A program made the position numbers and the translations under genes. The notes under the pieces were generated by a model, which saw nothing but the letters and a program-made list of their open reading frames with translations, was not told where the DNA came from and searched no databases. A stretch of DNA of 64,000 bases, from the IMG/VR virus record IMGVR_UViG_3300042970_000025; one strand, given 5' to 3'. The DNA comes from a virus. Taxonomy: Duplodnaviria; Caudoviricetes. Below, piece by piece: positions 45,947 to 56,938 of the stretch (positions are counted from its first letter, which is position 1; every line of letters begins with the position of its first letter).

Positions 45947-48900
45947 ATGGCTGAGATGAAATTCAAATTTACTATACAAAATTACCAGACGGAAGCGGTA
46001 AACAGTGTCGTGAAGGTCTTTGCCGGTCAGCCGTTCCAGGATAAAGTTGGATATCGTCGTGATACAGGAACGCAGAAAATCGAGCGAAACCTATTTAACT
46101 TGAATCTGTCTGATGAAGAACTGTATATGGGATTTGCCAATGCTCCTGTTGCGCTGGCGCCGGGACAGCTATTAAAGAATATCCGCGATGTTCAGAATGA
46201 CAATAATATTACGACGTCATCTTCTTTGGCTAAGCACATGGGGGCTTGCTCTCTCGATGTTGAGATGGAAACCGGAACCGGTAAAACATATGTTTACATC
46301 AAGACCATGTTTGAGCTGAATAAGCAGTATGGCTGGAGTAAATTCATCGTGGTCGTCCCTTCAATTGCGATCCGCGAAGGAGTCCAGAAAAGCTTTCAGA
46401 CCATGCAGGATCATTTCATGGAACAGTATGGCAAGAAGGCCCGGTTCTTTGTCTATAACTCTAAGAATCTGACGGATATCGATAACTTCAGCTCCAGTGC
46501 TGATCTTTCTGTCATGATCATCAATGTACAGGCATTCAATGCCAGAGGCAAGGATGCCAGAAGAATCCGGATGGAACTGGATGAGTTCGGAAGCAGAAAA
46601 CCAATTGATGTAATTGCGGCCAACCGTCCGATTGTCATTTTGGATGAACCTCAGAAAATGGGTGGAAAGAAGACACAGAAGTCACTGGAAGAATTCAATC
46701 CGCTTTTTACTCTGAATTATTCAGCTACGCATAAGGAGCATCATGATCTTGTTTACGTCCTGGATGCGCTGGATGCTTACCAGATGAAACTCGTAAAGAA
46801 AATCGAAGTAAAGGGGTTTGATATTAAGAATCTCCGTGGAACGGACGGCTATCTGTTCCTTGAAGAAATCGTAATCTCTCCGAATAAGCCGCCAAGGGCC
46901 CGGCTGGAGTTTGAGATCGGTTATGCAAAATCCATTAATCGGGAAACACGTATTGTCGGCGTGGATGATGATCTCTATGCTCTTTCTAAAGGAATGGAGC
47001 AGTATCAGGGATATCATATAAATGACATTGATCCAATCAAAGGTGTTCTGACATTTACAAATGGAGTTGAGATTCACACAGGTGAAGTACAGGGAGATGT
47101 AAGCGAGAAGGATATCCGCCGGGTTCAGATCAGAGAGACGATCCGTTCTCATTTTGAGAAGGAGAAGGAACTCTACAACCGCGGAATCAAAACACTTTCT
47201 CTGTTCTTTATCGATAAGGTTGAGAACTACCGGAAATATGACGAGGACGGAAATGAGGTCAATTCTGAGTACGGCCAGATGTTCGAGGAGGAATATACTT
47301 CGATTCTCAATGAGTATCTGAACTTGTTCAATACGCCGTATGAACAGTATCTGCGCAGTATCGATGTGCATTCTACGCATGCCGGTTATTTCAGCATTGA
47401 CAAGAAAGGACGAAAGGTCGATTCCAAGATCAAGCGTGGATCTGATATCAGTGATGACGAATCTGCTTATGAACTGATCCTGAAAGATAAGGAGCGGCTG
47501 CTTTCCTTCGACAATCCGGTTCGCTTTATCTTTTCTCATTCCGCTCTGCGAGAAGGTTGGGACAATCCGAACGTTTTCCAGATCTGTACATTGAAACATG
47601 GCGGAGACAGCACAACGAACAAGCGTCAGGAAGTGGGACGAGGCCTTCGTATCTGTGTAAATCAGTCCGGCGATCGTATGGATGAGCACGTTCTCGGATC
47701 TGAAGTGCAGGAGGTCAATAAACTGACTGTAATTGCAAGTGACGGATATAAGGATTTTGTCTCATCTCTTCAGAAGGAAATCAAAGACGATCTGTATGAA
47801 CGTCCGACAAAAGCTGCACCTGAATACTTTGCGGGCAAGAGGCTTAAGCTCGGGAACGATATTGTCACGATTACAGATGACCAGGCTCAGACGATCTATT
47901 TCTATTTGGTGAAAAATGATTACATCGACGAGGATGGCCATGTAACAGATAAATATCGCACGGATGAAGAGAATAAAGCTTTTGCACCGATGCCGGAGAA
48001 GATCAAAGATATTGAAGATGGTGTTCATGCCCTTGTAAGGGGTATCTTTGACGAACATGCCCTCGATGGAATGATTGATGACGGGCACAAGACTAAAGTT
48101 CCAGAGAATGCGCTCAACGATAATTTCTATAAGAAGGAGTTCCAGACTCTCTGGAATTACATCAATCACAAGTGGAGCTATACGGTGCATTTTGACAGCG
48201 AGGAGCTGATTGGGAAGGCTGTTAGACATATTGATGAGAAACTCTTTGTCGCGCGGCTGCAGTACACTGTGACCAAGGGAATGCAAGGAGAAGACTGGAG
48301 CGCAGATACGGTGAAGTCAGGCACCGGATTTATTTCGGAAAAAAGCCATACATATAATCTCAAACGAGGGGAAACCTCGCAGGTGAAGTATGATCTGATC
48401 GGAAAGGTTGGAGCAGGTACGCATCTTACCAGAAGAACTGTAACTGCGATTTTGAAGGGCATTTCTCCTGAAAAGTTTGCCATGTACAAAAACAATCCAG
48501 AGGAGTTTATCTCCAAGGTCATTAAAATGATCAATGAAGAGAAGGCAACGATGATCGTGGATGACATCACTTACAACAAGACAGATGGAACCTATGATTC
48601 TTCGATTTTTACAGCAGAAAAGAACAAAGATTTTTCCAAGGCTTATCAAGCAAAGAAGAATGTGCAGGACTATGTATTTACTGATGGTACTGCAGAGAAG
48701 TCCGTTGAGAGAAAATTTGCCGAAGACATGGATCTTGACGACAAGGTAGTTGTGTACGCGAAGCTGCCTCGTGGCTTCCAGATTCCGACTCCGGTAGGCA
48801 ACTACGCTCCTGACTGGGCAATCGCTTTTAAGAAGGGAACCGTAAAGCATATTTATTTCATTGCCGAGACCAAGGGATCGATGGAGAGCATGGATCTGCG

Positions 48901-49024
48901 TCCGATCGAGCAGGCGAAGATCAAGTGCGCGAAGAAGTTGTTCAATGAAATATCGACGGATGATGTGGTCTATGATCAGGTGGACTCGTATCAGAATCTG
49001 CTCAGTCTGATGGAAGCGATATAA
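45947..49024 (+). CDS. res: Type III restriction endonuclease (Res)
   Basis: EMETGTGKT, DEPQ, YSATH, LREGWDNPNVFQIC, QEVGRGLR, YAPDWAI...ETKG nuclease. Confidence 0.95.
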   Translation: MAEMKFKFTIQNYQTEAVNSVVKVFAGQPFQDKVGYRRDTGTQKIERNLFNLNLSDEELYMGFANAPVALAPGQLLKNIRDVQNDNNITTSSSLAKHMGACSLDVEMETGTGKTYVYIKTMFELNKQYGWSKFIVVVPSIAIREGVQKSFQTMQDHFMEQYGKKARFFVYNSKNLTDIDNFSSSADLSVMIINVQAFNARGKDARRIRMELDEFGSRKPIDVIAANRPIVILDEPQKMGGKKTQKSLEEFNPLFTLNYSATHKEHHDLVYVLDALDAYQMKLVKKIEVKGFDIKNLRGTDGYLFLEEIVISPNKPPRARLEFEIGYAKSINRETRIVGVDDDLYALSKGMEQYQGYHINDIDPIKGVLTFTNGVEIHTGEVQGDVSEKDIRRVQIRETIRSHFEKEKELYNRGIKTLSLFFIDKVENYRKYDEDGNEVNSEYGQMFEEEYTSILNEYLNLFNTPYEQYLRSIDVHSTHAGYFSIDKKGRKVDSKIKRGSDISDDESAYELILKDKERLLSFDNPVRFIFSHSALREGWDNPNVFQICTLKHGGDSTTNKRQEVGRGLRICVNQSGDRMDEHVLGSEVQEVNKLTVIASDGYKDFVSSLQKEIKDDLYERPTKAAPEYFAGKRLKLGNDIVTITDDQAQTIYFYLVKNDYIDEDGHVTDKYRTDEENKAFAPMPEKIKDIEDGVHALVRGIFDEHALDGMIDDGHKTKVPENALNDNFYKKEFQTLWNYINHKWSYTVHFDSEELIGKAVRHIDEKLFVARLQYTVTKGMQGEDWSADTVKSGTGFISEKSHTYNLKRGETSQVKYDLIGKVGAGTHLTRRTVTAILKGISPEKFAMYKNNPEEFISKVIKMINEEKATMIVDDITYNKTDGTYDSSIFTAEKNKDFSKAYQAKKNVQDYVFTDGTAEKSVERKFAEDMDLDDKVVVYAKLPRGFQIPTPVGNYAPDWAIAFKKGTVKHIYFIAETKGSMESMDLRPIEQAKIKCAKKLFNEISTDDVVYDQVDSYQNLLSLMEAI

Positions 49025-49083
49025 TATATCGAGGGAAATATAGTGTTTAAAGCGTTGGGCAGGGAGTAAGGAGAAGAAAAACG

Positions 49084-50925
49084 ATGATCAAGCAAGTAGT
49101 GCATCCTCCAATTGAGGATATTTTTCATGGGGAAAAAATATATCGGATTCCCAAATACCAAAGAGAATATACGTGGGGCATCAAAGAGTGGGATGCTCTA
49201 TTTAATGACGTTACTGAAAATGAAAACGGATATTTTCTCGGCTCTTATATCTGTGTAAATAATGGATCCCTGGAAGGAACCGTTCTTGAGATAATCGACG
49301 GGCAGCAGCGATTTACGTCTCTTATGCTTTTGCTAACTGCTTTATACGAAAAGCTGCACGATCGAAAAAAGCAGATGGATGAAGAAGAAAATTTCGACCT
49401 CGCCCATCTGCGAGAAGAGCTTGCAATAAAAAAGATATCTTATAATCCTGATGGTACCAAGAAGACAGAATATCAGCAGCGCCTTATTCTGCAGAAACAG
49501 AACATGAATGATGAAGACTTTGCTTTTATTCTTGCTGATAAGGGAATTACTACAGATGTTAAGTCTTCTCCGCTTTATTTTGGAAATCGACGTATTTCGA
49601 AGGCATATAAACACTTCGGGAAATTAATTGATGAAGAATTAGCTGATTTAAAAACGCAAAGTCCAAATATCAGTGAGATAGGAGTTCTGTTTGGGATCGT
49701 CCGGAAATTTCAGTCTGCCATAATGGTTGGAATTGAAGTTGATACAAACAAAGATGCCTAGATGCTTTTTGAATCCCTGAATCATCGAGGTGTTCCTCTG
49801 TCTGCTTTAGACCTGATAAAGAATACATTGATATCACAGGCTGAAACAAAATCCGATGCTGACAATAGCTATGAGGTATGGAAGCAGATTTTAGCGAATG
49901 TCGGACAGGATGATTATTCGGTGCAAGAACGTTTCTTCCGTCAGTATTACAATGCTTTCAGAGAAAAACTTAATGAACCATATAGTGTTTCTGACAGAAA
50001 ATATTACCTTGGTTATCTGGCTACGAGAACTACTCTACTCGATATTTATGAGAAAATGATCAAGAGCGACTATAAGAAACTTCTGGATGATCTGCTTGAA
50101 AAATCGAAGGTTTATTCTGTAATTACTAACAACAGTGAGGATACTTATATATATAGTTCGGCCCTTCAAGATCTGGCAAGGATAGCAGGAGCACCATCAT
50201 ATATTCTTCTCTTGTATATTATTTCAAATCAAACTGAAATGGCACTTTCTGATGAAAACCTGAACACAGTCATTACAATCTTAATCACATTTTTTGTACG
50301 TCGTAATATCACCGATGTTCCAAATACCAGGAGGTTGATACAGCTTTTTATAGATATCATTTCTGAAATAAAAAATTTAAAAGGTAATGAAGCTGTGGGA
50401 TCAATCCAAAGCCGACTTAAAGTTGTGTCTGCTCCGGATGATTTGTTTGAGAGCAAACTCAGAGGATCTATTTACGATGAAAATCCAGAAGCTACAAGAT
50501 TTCTATTGTGCAGCATAGAAGCTCAGCACCAGACAAAGGAAATTTATTCAGATCTATGGATGAGAGATAATAGTAAAAAGTATATTTGGACTATCGAACA
50601 CATTTTCCCGGAAGGCGAGAATATCCCTGAAAGCTGGGTAAAGATGATTGCTGGCGGAGACAAGGGACTCGCTGAAAAGTATCGTTCTGATTATGTACAT
50701 ACACTTGGGAATCTTACAATTACCGGATATAATCAGAATTTGTCGAACATGTCATTTGAGCAGAAAAAGAATCGCAAGTCCAAAGACAAGTCGAAAGACA
50801 TTGGATACAGGAATGGACTTTTTCTTAATCAGTCGGTTGTAAATGAGGATACTTGGACAGTTGAGAAGATTAAAGCACGTACTGATATGCTTGTGAAAAT
50901 ATTGCTTGAAATGTTTAGGTGGTAA
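49084..50925 (+). pseudogene. GmrSD-like DUF262-DUF1524 nuclease interrupted by an in-frame TAG at 49759-49761
   Basis: IPKYQREYTW, DGQQR, then DA*MLFESLNHRG in the same frame; C-terminal TIEHIFP...GNLT...N HNH. Confidence 0.8.
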
Positions 50926-51174
50926 TCGATGCAATGTATTTTTCGATATTGCTCTACACTATTTAAGAATTCCACACATTTTAATCATTTCACTCGGAGG
51001 GTGTTGTATTGTGTGATCAGTATTGACTGGTGAGGATATGAATACTAGAAGTTCAACGCTTCGATGGAGAAAAAAGGCGACAGTGAAAATCTCGGAAATG
51101 GCGCAAAGCAACGCTATTTCCGGCTTTTTGCCATCAGGAAATGTATAAGGCCCTTGTATCAAAGAAAGCGTTTT

Positions 51175-51358
51175 AATAGAATGAAAGATATGATCGCAAC
51201 ATTTTCCAAGTTTGGGGACGCCGGTCATGGCGGAATTACACAATATACACTTTCGCCTGCGGCAATTCAAGCAAGAAAAGAAATCAGCAAGCGGATGGAA
51301 AAAGATTGGAGCAATTATTGAGATTGACGATCTTGCCAATATGTACGCTATCTTTCCG
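51175..51358 (+). pseudogene. N-terminal fragment of M20 N-carbamoyl-amino acid/allantoate amidohydrolase (frameshifted)
   Basis: RMKDMIATFSKFGDAGHGGITQYTLS...ARKEISKRMEK, frameshift, then KIGAIIEIDDLANMYAIFP. Confidence 0.6.
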
Positions 51359-51581
51359 CGAACGGCATCCGGAGTCCACGTTTAATAAATTTATGAAGAT
51401 TTCAATTTTTACCCCGGACAGCAATCTTACGATCGTCGGTAACACATTCAAGATCTATCGGGATTCCAAAGTGGAATGGAGGGAGGATCTCCATACGAAT
51501 GAAAAGGCTGTGAAACTGCTGATGGACAAATTCGGCATTTATGTTCCGAAGACTTACCATCAGTTTCTATATGAAAAATGA
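51359..51581 (+). pseudogene. C-terminal fragment resembling arylamine N-acetyltransferase
   Basis: HPESTFNK...SIFTPD...TI.GN.FKI.......L..KFGI; no plausible own start. Confidence 0.45.
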
Positions 51582-51595
51582 AGGAGAATAGAACG

Positions 51596-52072
51596 ATGAA
51601 AAAAATGAGACGATTTAAACAGCAGCTGGAAGACATTGACGCGAAAAACGTACTGAAAAACGGTCACAGAGGAACTTTGTCGCTGCTTGGGGATGAAGGA
51701 TATCCTTATGGAGTGCCGGTCAACTATGTCGTTGGGGATGACGGACATATCTACATTCATTGTGCAGGCGAGGGGCATAAGGTTGATGCTGCGAAAAACT
51801 ATGACAAAGTATCATTTACAGTTTTGGAAGATCAGCCACGCGAAGCTGGAGATTTCGGTTTATATGTAAAAAGTGTCATTGTCTTTGGCCGCATACATAT
51901 GTTGGAAGATCGCGAAAAAGTGCTGAAAAATGTGATGAGACTTGCGGAGCATATCTATCCGGATCATATTGAAGATTTCTACAAGGCGGATCTTGAAAGA
52001 AATCGGAAGAAGGTTCAGATGCTTGAAATCGTACCTGAGTATATTACTGGCAAGAAGATTCATGAACAATAA
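51596..52072 (+). CDS. Pyridoxamine 5'-phosphate oxidase-like / Nim-family flavin-binding protein
   Basis: MRR.KQQL, G.LSL.GD.GYPY.VP.NY, YIHCA.EGHK.D, VSF.V, SVI.FG, GK. Confidence 0.85.
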   Translation: MKKMRRFKQQLEDIDAKNVLKNGHRGTLSLLGDEGYPYGVPVNYVVGDDGHIYIHCAGEGHKVDAAKNYDKVSFTVLEDQPREAGDFGLYVKSVIVFGRIHMLEDREKVLKNVMRLAEHIYPDHIEDFYKADLERNRKKVQMLEIVPEYITGKKIHEQ

Positions 52073-52369
52073 CAGGCAATTTCGGCTTAACGAATACAAT
52101 TAAAAACTATTATGCTGATGAATTGCAGGGGGGTTGAGACGATGGGAAATCAGACAGTTTCCCGCAAACCTTACTCTCGAGACGATGGGAAAAATCTACG
52201 ATATGCATTATAATAAGAAGAAACGAGTCTTTTGACCAGTTCCCGAAAACGGTCAGACGTAAAAACACAGTAATTTAGACCCGATTTTTCCTTGGACTTG
52301 TTTCCTTGAACGGAGAGAGGACTTTTTCCCGTAAACGGGAACTTATCCGACATCCATTCTTAAAGCTCG

Positions 52370-52411
52370 GGCCACGTTGAGACGGTAGCGTTGATGTCGA
52401 AGAAAAAATAA
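52370..52411 (+). other. Attachment junction: displaced 3' end of rlmD/rumA-type 23S rRNA methyltransferase gene
   Basis: ggc cac gtt gag acg gta gcg ttg atg tcg aag aaa aaa taa = GHVETVALMSKKK*, with no upstream coding frame. Confidence 0.75.
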
Positions 52412-52654
52412 GACGAGGCCGGAACCTGCTGAAATCAGCGGGGTCCGGGAATCGTGGAAAATTTCAGCGTCCCTGAAATCTGGCTGAAAAACAGCACATA
52501 GGGAAGTTATCCAAGGCGTTTTTTACAGGGTTGTGTGTCGCGATTAAATAATCGGGCAGGTTGCGGCTCGTGATTAGATGTAGGGTAGGGGTTGGATGTC
52601 AAAGCGATTCAACTTTAGCTAGATAAAGCTAAATCAGAATTTATGGAGAGGAAC

Positions 52655-53077
52655 ATGGATTATATCAGAGACAGAAAAAGTAATATCCCCTTTAGTTTAC
52701 ATGACAGTCGGATAATACAGTTTGAAATTAATGAAACGACTTTAACTTTGAAGCTAGATCGGATATTTCAATATGCTGGCGATGAAGAAAAATGTTATCA
52801 GGGAATCATTGAGTTTACAAAGGCTGATATAGAAGAGTGCGACATCATGGTGTTTAAGAGGCCGTATGGATATGATGGGGAGAAATCGTTCAGCGGGGAA
52901 TCGATGTCTCTTGCTGAGTTTAACGCAAAATATCCTGATGCAGACTTTGAGATCGTTACGGAAGGGTACTCTGGATATGACACAACATTTCAGGGGTGGA
53001 TTTGGCAAGGAGAAGATGGTCCGATCTTTGGAATTATGCGTATATGGAATACGGGGGATATGATCTATCGGATTTAA
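52655..53077 (+). CDS. Hypothetical cargo protein of prophage 2
   Basis: RBS GGAGAGG, 140-aa ORF with SLHDS motif, convergent with the recombinase. Confidence 0.7.
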   Translation: MDYIRDRKSNIPFSLHDSRIIQFEINETTLTLKLDRIFQYAGDEEKCYQGIIEFTKADIEECDIMVFKRPYGYDGEKSFSGESMSLAEFNAKYPDADFEIVTEGYSGYDTTFQGWIWQGEDGPIFGIMRIWNTGDMIYRI

Positions 53078-53100
53078 CAAAATCCAGCGTATTGATTAAA

Positions 53101-53147
53101 GAGAGCAGGCCGCTCTGGGAGAAAATCCCTTGAGCTGGCCTGCTCTT
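53101..53147. terminator. Hairpin terminator between cargo gene and recombinase
   Basis: gagcaggccgctc...gagctggcctgctc. Confidence 0.65.
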
Positions 53148-54714
53148 ACTGGTTGATGTCGACCTCAAGCCCGGACTTGAATTCAATTACGGCTTTATCC
53201 TGATAGATGGTGATCTGCCGGATGAGCTTTCGCACCATGCGCTCGTCGAACTCGGCGATATCAGTCTGCTGATCTTTCAGGAAATCCTGCAGCTCGGTGA
53301 TTCTTTTCTGCAGGTCTTCCTGGCTCCTGGCTGAGGAATCGGCCTTTTCCTTTTCTTCCCGCAGTCGGAAGATCTCATCGGCGATGGCGTCGTAGTCTTC
53401 TTTACTGTTTGCTTTCCTGATGAGCTCCGTCTGCAGTTCATCGAGCCTTAACTGGATGCCCTCCGCGCTGGATGGATCGGATTCGCGGATGGCTTTCACC
53501 ATGTTTTCCTGGAGCTGATGCAGGAATTCGTCTTTTCCGGTAAGGAGCAGATTGAAGGCTCTTACGGTGATGTCCTTCAGCCATTCTTCCTTGATGGTGC
53601 GGTTTTTGCAGACTTTGACTACGGAAGATGGATCAAGCCGGCTGATGCAGCGCCAGACGATGGCGGTTTTGCCGTGGATGTACCAGTGGACTCTTCGGTA
53701 GAGATCGCCGCATTCTCCGCAGACGATGATCTGGGAAAAGCAGTTGTTTCCGGAGTAGACCCGCTTCTTGCCGGAAGGGGAGCGATGGACGTTTCGCCGT
53801 CGGACGAGCTCCTCCTGAACCTGCATGAAAAGCTCTTTAGGAATAATCGCTTCATGGTCGTCTTCGACGTAGTACTGAGGGAGAACGCCGTTGTTTTTGA
53901 CTCGCTTCTTGGTCAGGAAGTCCGTGGTTACCGTCTTTTGGAGGAGGGCATCTCCCATGTACTTTTCATTCCTTAGGATCTTGTTGATCGTGGAATCGTA
54001 CCATTTGGTATTGCCTGCTCCGGTGAGAACGCCATCCTGCTCCAGATGCTGCGCGATGGTTTTCATGGAGTAGCCTTCGAGGTACTCCCGGTAGATCCTG
54101 CGCACCACCTCGGCCTGCTTGGGATCAATGACGAGGTTTCCGTTTTCGTCTTTCGTATATCCTAGGAAGCGGTTGTGGTTGACCTGGACCTTTCCCTGCT
54201 GGTAGCGGTACTGGATGCCGAGCTTGACGTTTTGGGAGAGGGACTGGGATTCCTGCTGCGCAAGGCTTGCCATAATTGTGATCAGAACTTCTCCCTTGGC
54301 GTCCATCGTGTTGATGTTCTCCTTTTCAAACCAGACGGCGATGTTCTTTTCCTTCAGCTGCCGGATGTATTTCAGGCAGTCCAAGGTGTTACGGGCAAAT
54401 CGGCTGATGGATTTTGTTATGACCATGTCGATGTTTCCCGCCATGCATTCATCGATCATTTTATTGAACTGTTCCCGTTTCTTGGTGTTGGTTCCGCTGA
54501 TGCCGTCGTCGGCGAAGATGCCGGCAAGCTGCCAGTTTGGATGGCTGTTGATGTACTCCGTGTAGTGGGAGACCTGCGTTTCGTAGCTGGTTTCCTGTTC
54601 CTCGGTATCCGTGCTGACGCGGCAGTAGGCTGCAACACGCAGCTTTGGCTTTTCTGCCTGTTTGACGGTATTTCCTATCTTTCTTCTTGCAGGAATGATT
54701 GTAATATTTCCCAT
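53146..54714 (-). CDS. Large serine recombinase (prophage 2)
   Basis: Near-identical to 177..1745. Confidence 0.95.
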   Translation of the reverse strand: MGNITIIPARRKIGNTVKQAEKPKLRVAAYCRVSTDTEEQETSYETQVSHYTEYINSHPNWQLAGIFADDGISGTNTKKREQFNKMIDECMAGNIDMVITKSISRFARNTLDCLKYIRQLKEKNIAVWFEKENINTMDAKGEVLITIMASLAQQESQSLSQNVKLGIQYRYQQGKVQVNHNRFLGYTKDENGNLVIDPKQAEVVRRIYREYLEGYSMKTIAQHLEQDGVLTGAGNTKWYDSTINKILRNEKYMGDALLQKTVTTDFLTKKRVKNNGVLPQYYVEDDHEAIIPKELFMQVQEELVRRRNVHRSPSGKKRVYSGNNCFSQIIVCGECGDLYRRVHWYIHGKTAIVWRCISRLDPSSVVKVCKNRTIKEEWLKDITVRAFNLLLTGKDEFLHQLQENMVKAIRESDPSSAEGIQLRLDELQTELIRKANSKEDYDAIADEIFRLREEKEKADSSARSQEDLQKRITELQDFLKDQQTDIAEFDERMVRKLIRQITIYQDKAVIEFKSGLEVDINQ

Positions 54715-54716
54715 CG

Positions 54717-55133
54717 TTATTCCTCACTTTCAATCAGACTGTACAAGTACTCTGCACGCTTCTTAGGATTTCCGGTCGTCTGCTCCGGAGCAGAGATGGT
54801 GAATTTCGTCGCTGCAGGCTTCTTTGCTTTGGGCTTCCTGCTTGGGTGCAGTCTTCCCGTTTTCTTGGCCCGCTGCATCCGTTCCTCGTGGATCCGGTCG
54901 AGTGTTTCTTTATCAGTAATGGCAGGGTAGAAGTCATCGCCCTGGTAGTGTCTGTTTTCAAGCAGCCGTTTGATCGAGGAGTGCGTAGCCTTGATTCCTG
55001 CGCTGGATGCTGCTTTTGACAAAGACATCCCGGCAAGGTAGTTCTTAAAAAGCTGTTGCAGTTTTTCTGCTTCCTCTTTGCAGACGACAGCTTTGCCGCC
55101 TTCGATCCGGTAGCCGTATAGTATGGTTCTCAT
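54717..55133 (-). CDS. Small recombinase-domain protein (prophage 2)
   Basis: Homolog of 1748..2164. Confidence 0.85.
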   Translation of the reverse strand: MRTILYGYRIEGGKAVVCKEEAEKLQQLFKNYLAGMSLSKAASSAGIKATHSSIKRLLENRHYQGDDFYPAITDKETLDRIHEERMQRAKKTGRLHPSRKPKAKKPAATKFTISAPEQTTGNPKKRAEYLYSLIESEE

Positions 55134-55137
55134 AACC

Positions 55138-56691
55138 TCACATCCTTTCTTTAAGCTCTAGCCCGCACTTCAGACAGAAGGTGATCTCATGACGGGAATG
55201 CACCGTGATATGATCGACGAACTCATCAAACCGTTCGTCGTCAAACTCCTGAAGCATTTCACTTTTCTCGGTGAAGTGAAGAAGGGCTCTTGCCTTTAGC
55301 AGTACCTCTGTGACATCGGAGGCGGAGTTCTCCAGGAGGCCAATCTCCTTCTGGATGCCTTCTGAAGCCGCAAAAAGATCTGCAGTTTCTCTACTGTAGA
55401 GCGTCTGGTCGATGATTCCCTGCGTCATCAGGCGGGTTAAGGTCTGTCGCTTTCTGGCATTTTCCGAAAGCCGTTCCTTCAGAGCATCGATCTGGTCCAG
55501 CGTTTCTTTTTTTGCGTTATCCTTCAGGCTGTTTGCATAGGGCCTTAAGATCAGCCGGTGGGAGTAGATCAGTTTGTTCATCATGGTAAGAAACGAACGC
55601 TTCAGGTCCTCATCTTTGATGGACTGCATCGGGCATTTCGTTTTTCCCTGCAGATGTGTCTTGCACACCCAGATCACAGGACTTTCAGAAGAGGAGTAGG
55701 CGATACGCCGTTTAAACGTGCTCCCGCAGCATCCGCAGAGGATCCTTCCGGTAAAGGTGTAGCGGCTTAAGTATTTCTGGCTGTTCTTTTCGATATTCTT
55801 TTCCTGCGAACGCTGCTGGATTAGGCGCTGTACGTTCTCCCAGTCCTCACGGCTGATGATGGACTCGTGGTGGTCTTTCACGAGGACCGCATCTTTTTCA
55901 CCGCGGTTCATGTGACGCTTGAAGGAAGAGTCGGTCCAGGTCTTCTGGAAGATACAGTCTCCGGTGTACTTCTCATTGGTTAGCACGCAGTGGACAGTGG
56001 AGCGCCGCCAGGCACGTCCGTTTCTTGCCGGGATGCCTTTGCCGTTTAGAAGATCGGCGATTGTATCGCTTCCGGTTCCCTTGAGTGCTTCGTTAAAGAT
56101 GAATTGAACGACTTCAGCCTGTTTCCTGTTGACCACCATCTGTTCTCCGTTCCAGTCGTAGCCATAGGGTGGGTACACCACTTTGAAGGTTCCGTTTTCA
56201 AACCGCTTCCTGGCGCTCCATTTCATGTTCTGTGAAATGGAGTAGGATTCATCTGCAGCCATGCTGGAAAGAATGGAAAGAAAGAGCTCGCTTTCCATGG
56301 ATCCGGTGTTGATGTTCTCCTTTTCAAACCAGATCGGGATGTTCAGGTCTAAAAGCCTTCGCACGAGGCTCAGGCAGTCCGCAGTGTTTCTGGAAAAGCG
56401 GCTGATGGACTTCGTGATCACCAGATCGATTTTTCCGGCTTCGCAGTCCGAGATGAGATGTTCTAGCTCAGGCCGGGCGGCTTTTCCTGTTCCGCTGATG
56501 CCTTCGTCGTAGTAGATGCCGGCAAGCTGCCAGTCGTCTTTGGAACTGATGTAGCTTTCATAGTGAGATTTTTGCGTATTCAGGCTCTCAAGCTGTTCAT
56601 CGCTATCCGTACTGACACGGCAATAGGCTGCAACCCGCAGGATTTTCTTTCTTTTGCTTGTCGTTTTTTCTATCTTCGTTACTTTTTTCAA
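55138..56691 (-). CDS. Large serine recombinase (prophage 2)
   Basis: Homolog of 2169..3722; TTG start at 56691. Confidence 0.93.
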   Translation of the reverse strand: MKKVTKIEKTTSKRKKILRVAAYCRVSTDSDEQLESLNTQKSHYESYISSKDDWQLAGIYYDEGISGTGKAARPELEHLISDCEAGKIDLVITKSISRFSRNTADCLSLVRRLLDLNIPIWFEKENINTGSMESELFLSILSSMAADESYSISQNMKWSARKRFENGTFKVVYPPYGYDWNGEQMVVNRKQAEVVQFIFNEALKGTGSDTIADLLNGKGIPARNGRAWRRSTVHCVLTNEKYTGDCIFQKTWTDSSFKRHMNRGEKDAVLVKDHHESIISREDWENVQRLIQQRSQEKNIEKNSQKYLSRYTFTGRILCGCCGSTFKRRIAYSSSESPVIWVCKTHLQGKTKCPMQSIKDEDLKRSFLTMMNKLIYSHRLILRPYANSLKDNAKKETLDQIDALKERLSENARKRQTLTRLMTQGIIDQTLYSRETADLFAASEGIQKEIGLLENSASDVTEVLLKARALLHFTEKSEMLQEFDDERFDEFVDHITVHSRHEITFCLKCGLELKERM

Positions 56692-56716
56692 GGTCAAATG
56701 TCCTCCTTTCCCGTGT

Positions 56717-56938
56717 CTATACATCACTCTGATTGCCGCACATAGCAAGAGAATGAGGGAAGATTTCCCAAAACAGGGGAGAGAAAGTTTTGCGATTGAT
56801 GTCCATAAATTTGTCATATTCGCCGGGACTTAACAGGCTGCAATGAAGCATCTGATCTGCGATTGCTTTGGCTCTCTCATAGTTGAGATCATTCTGGATC
56901 CGCTCATTTGTGTAGAAGTTGTCATTGTCTTTGCTCAT
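56717..56938 (-). CDS. SHOCT-like small protein (prophage 2)
   Basis: Homolog of 3748..3969; contains the bipartite motif copy at 56718-56749. Confidence 0.7.
   Translation of the reverse strand: MSKDNDNFYTNERIQNDLNYERAKAIADQMLHCSLLSPGEYDKFMDINRKTFSPLFWEIFPHSLAMCGNQSDV

Larger units (their letters stand above)
1..52372 (-). mobile_element. Prophage 1: temperate siphovirus with serine recombinase triplet and defence cargo; left att lies outside the window
   Basis: Contiguous integration, lysis, tail, head, packaging and replication modules from 177 to 36539 on the - strand. Cargo 36941-52072. Right boundary inferred from the rlmD 3' remnant at about 52370. Confidence 0.85.

Noticed and set aside
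49759-49761. Genome-wide TAG recoding or pyrrolysine
   Set aside because: All other genes read through under the standard code, TAG acts as a normal stop elsewhere (e.g. 15100, 62240), and no suppressor tRNA or pyl genes were seen.
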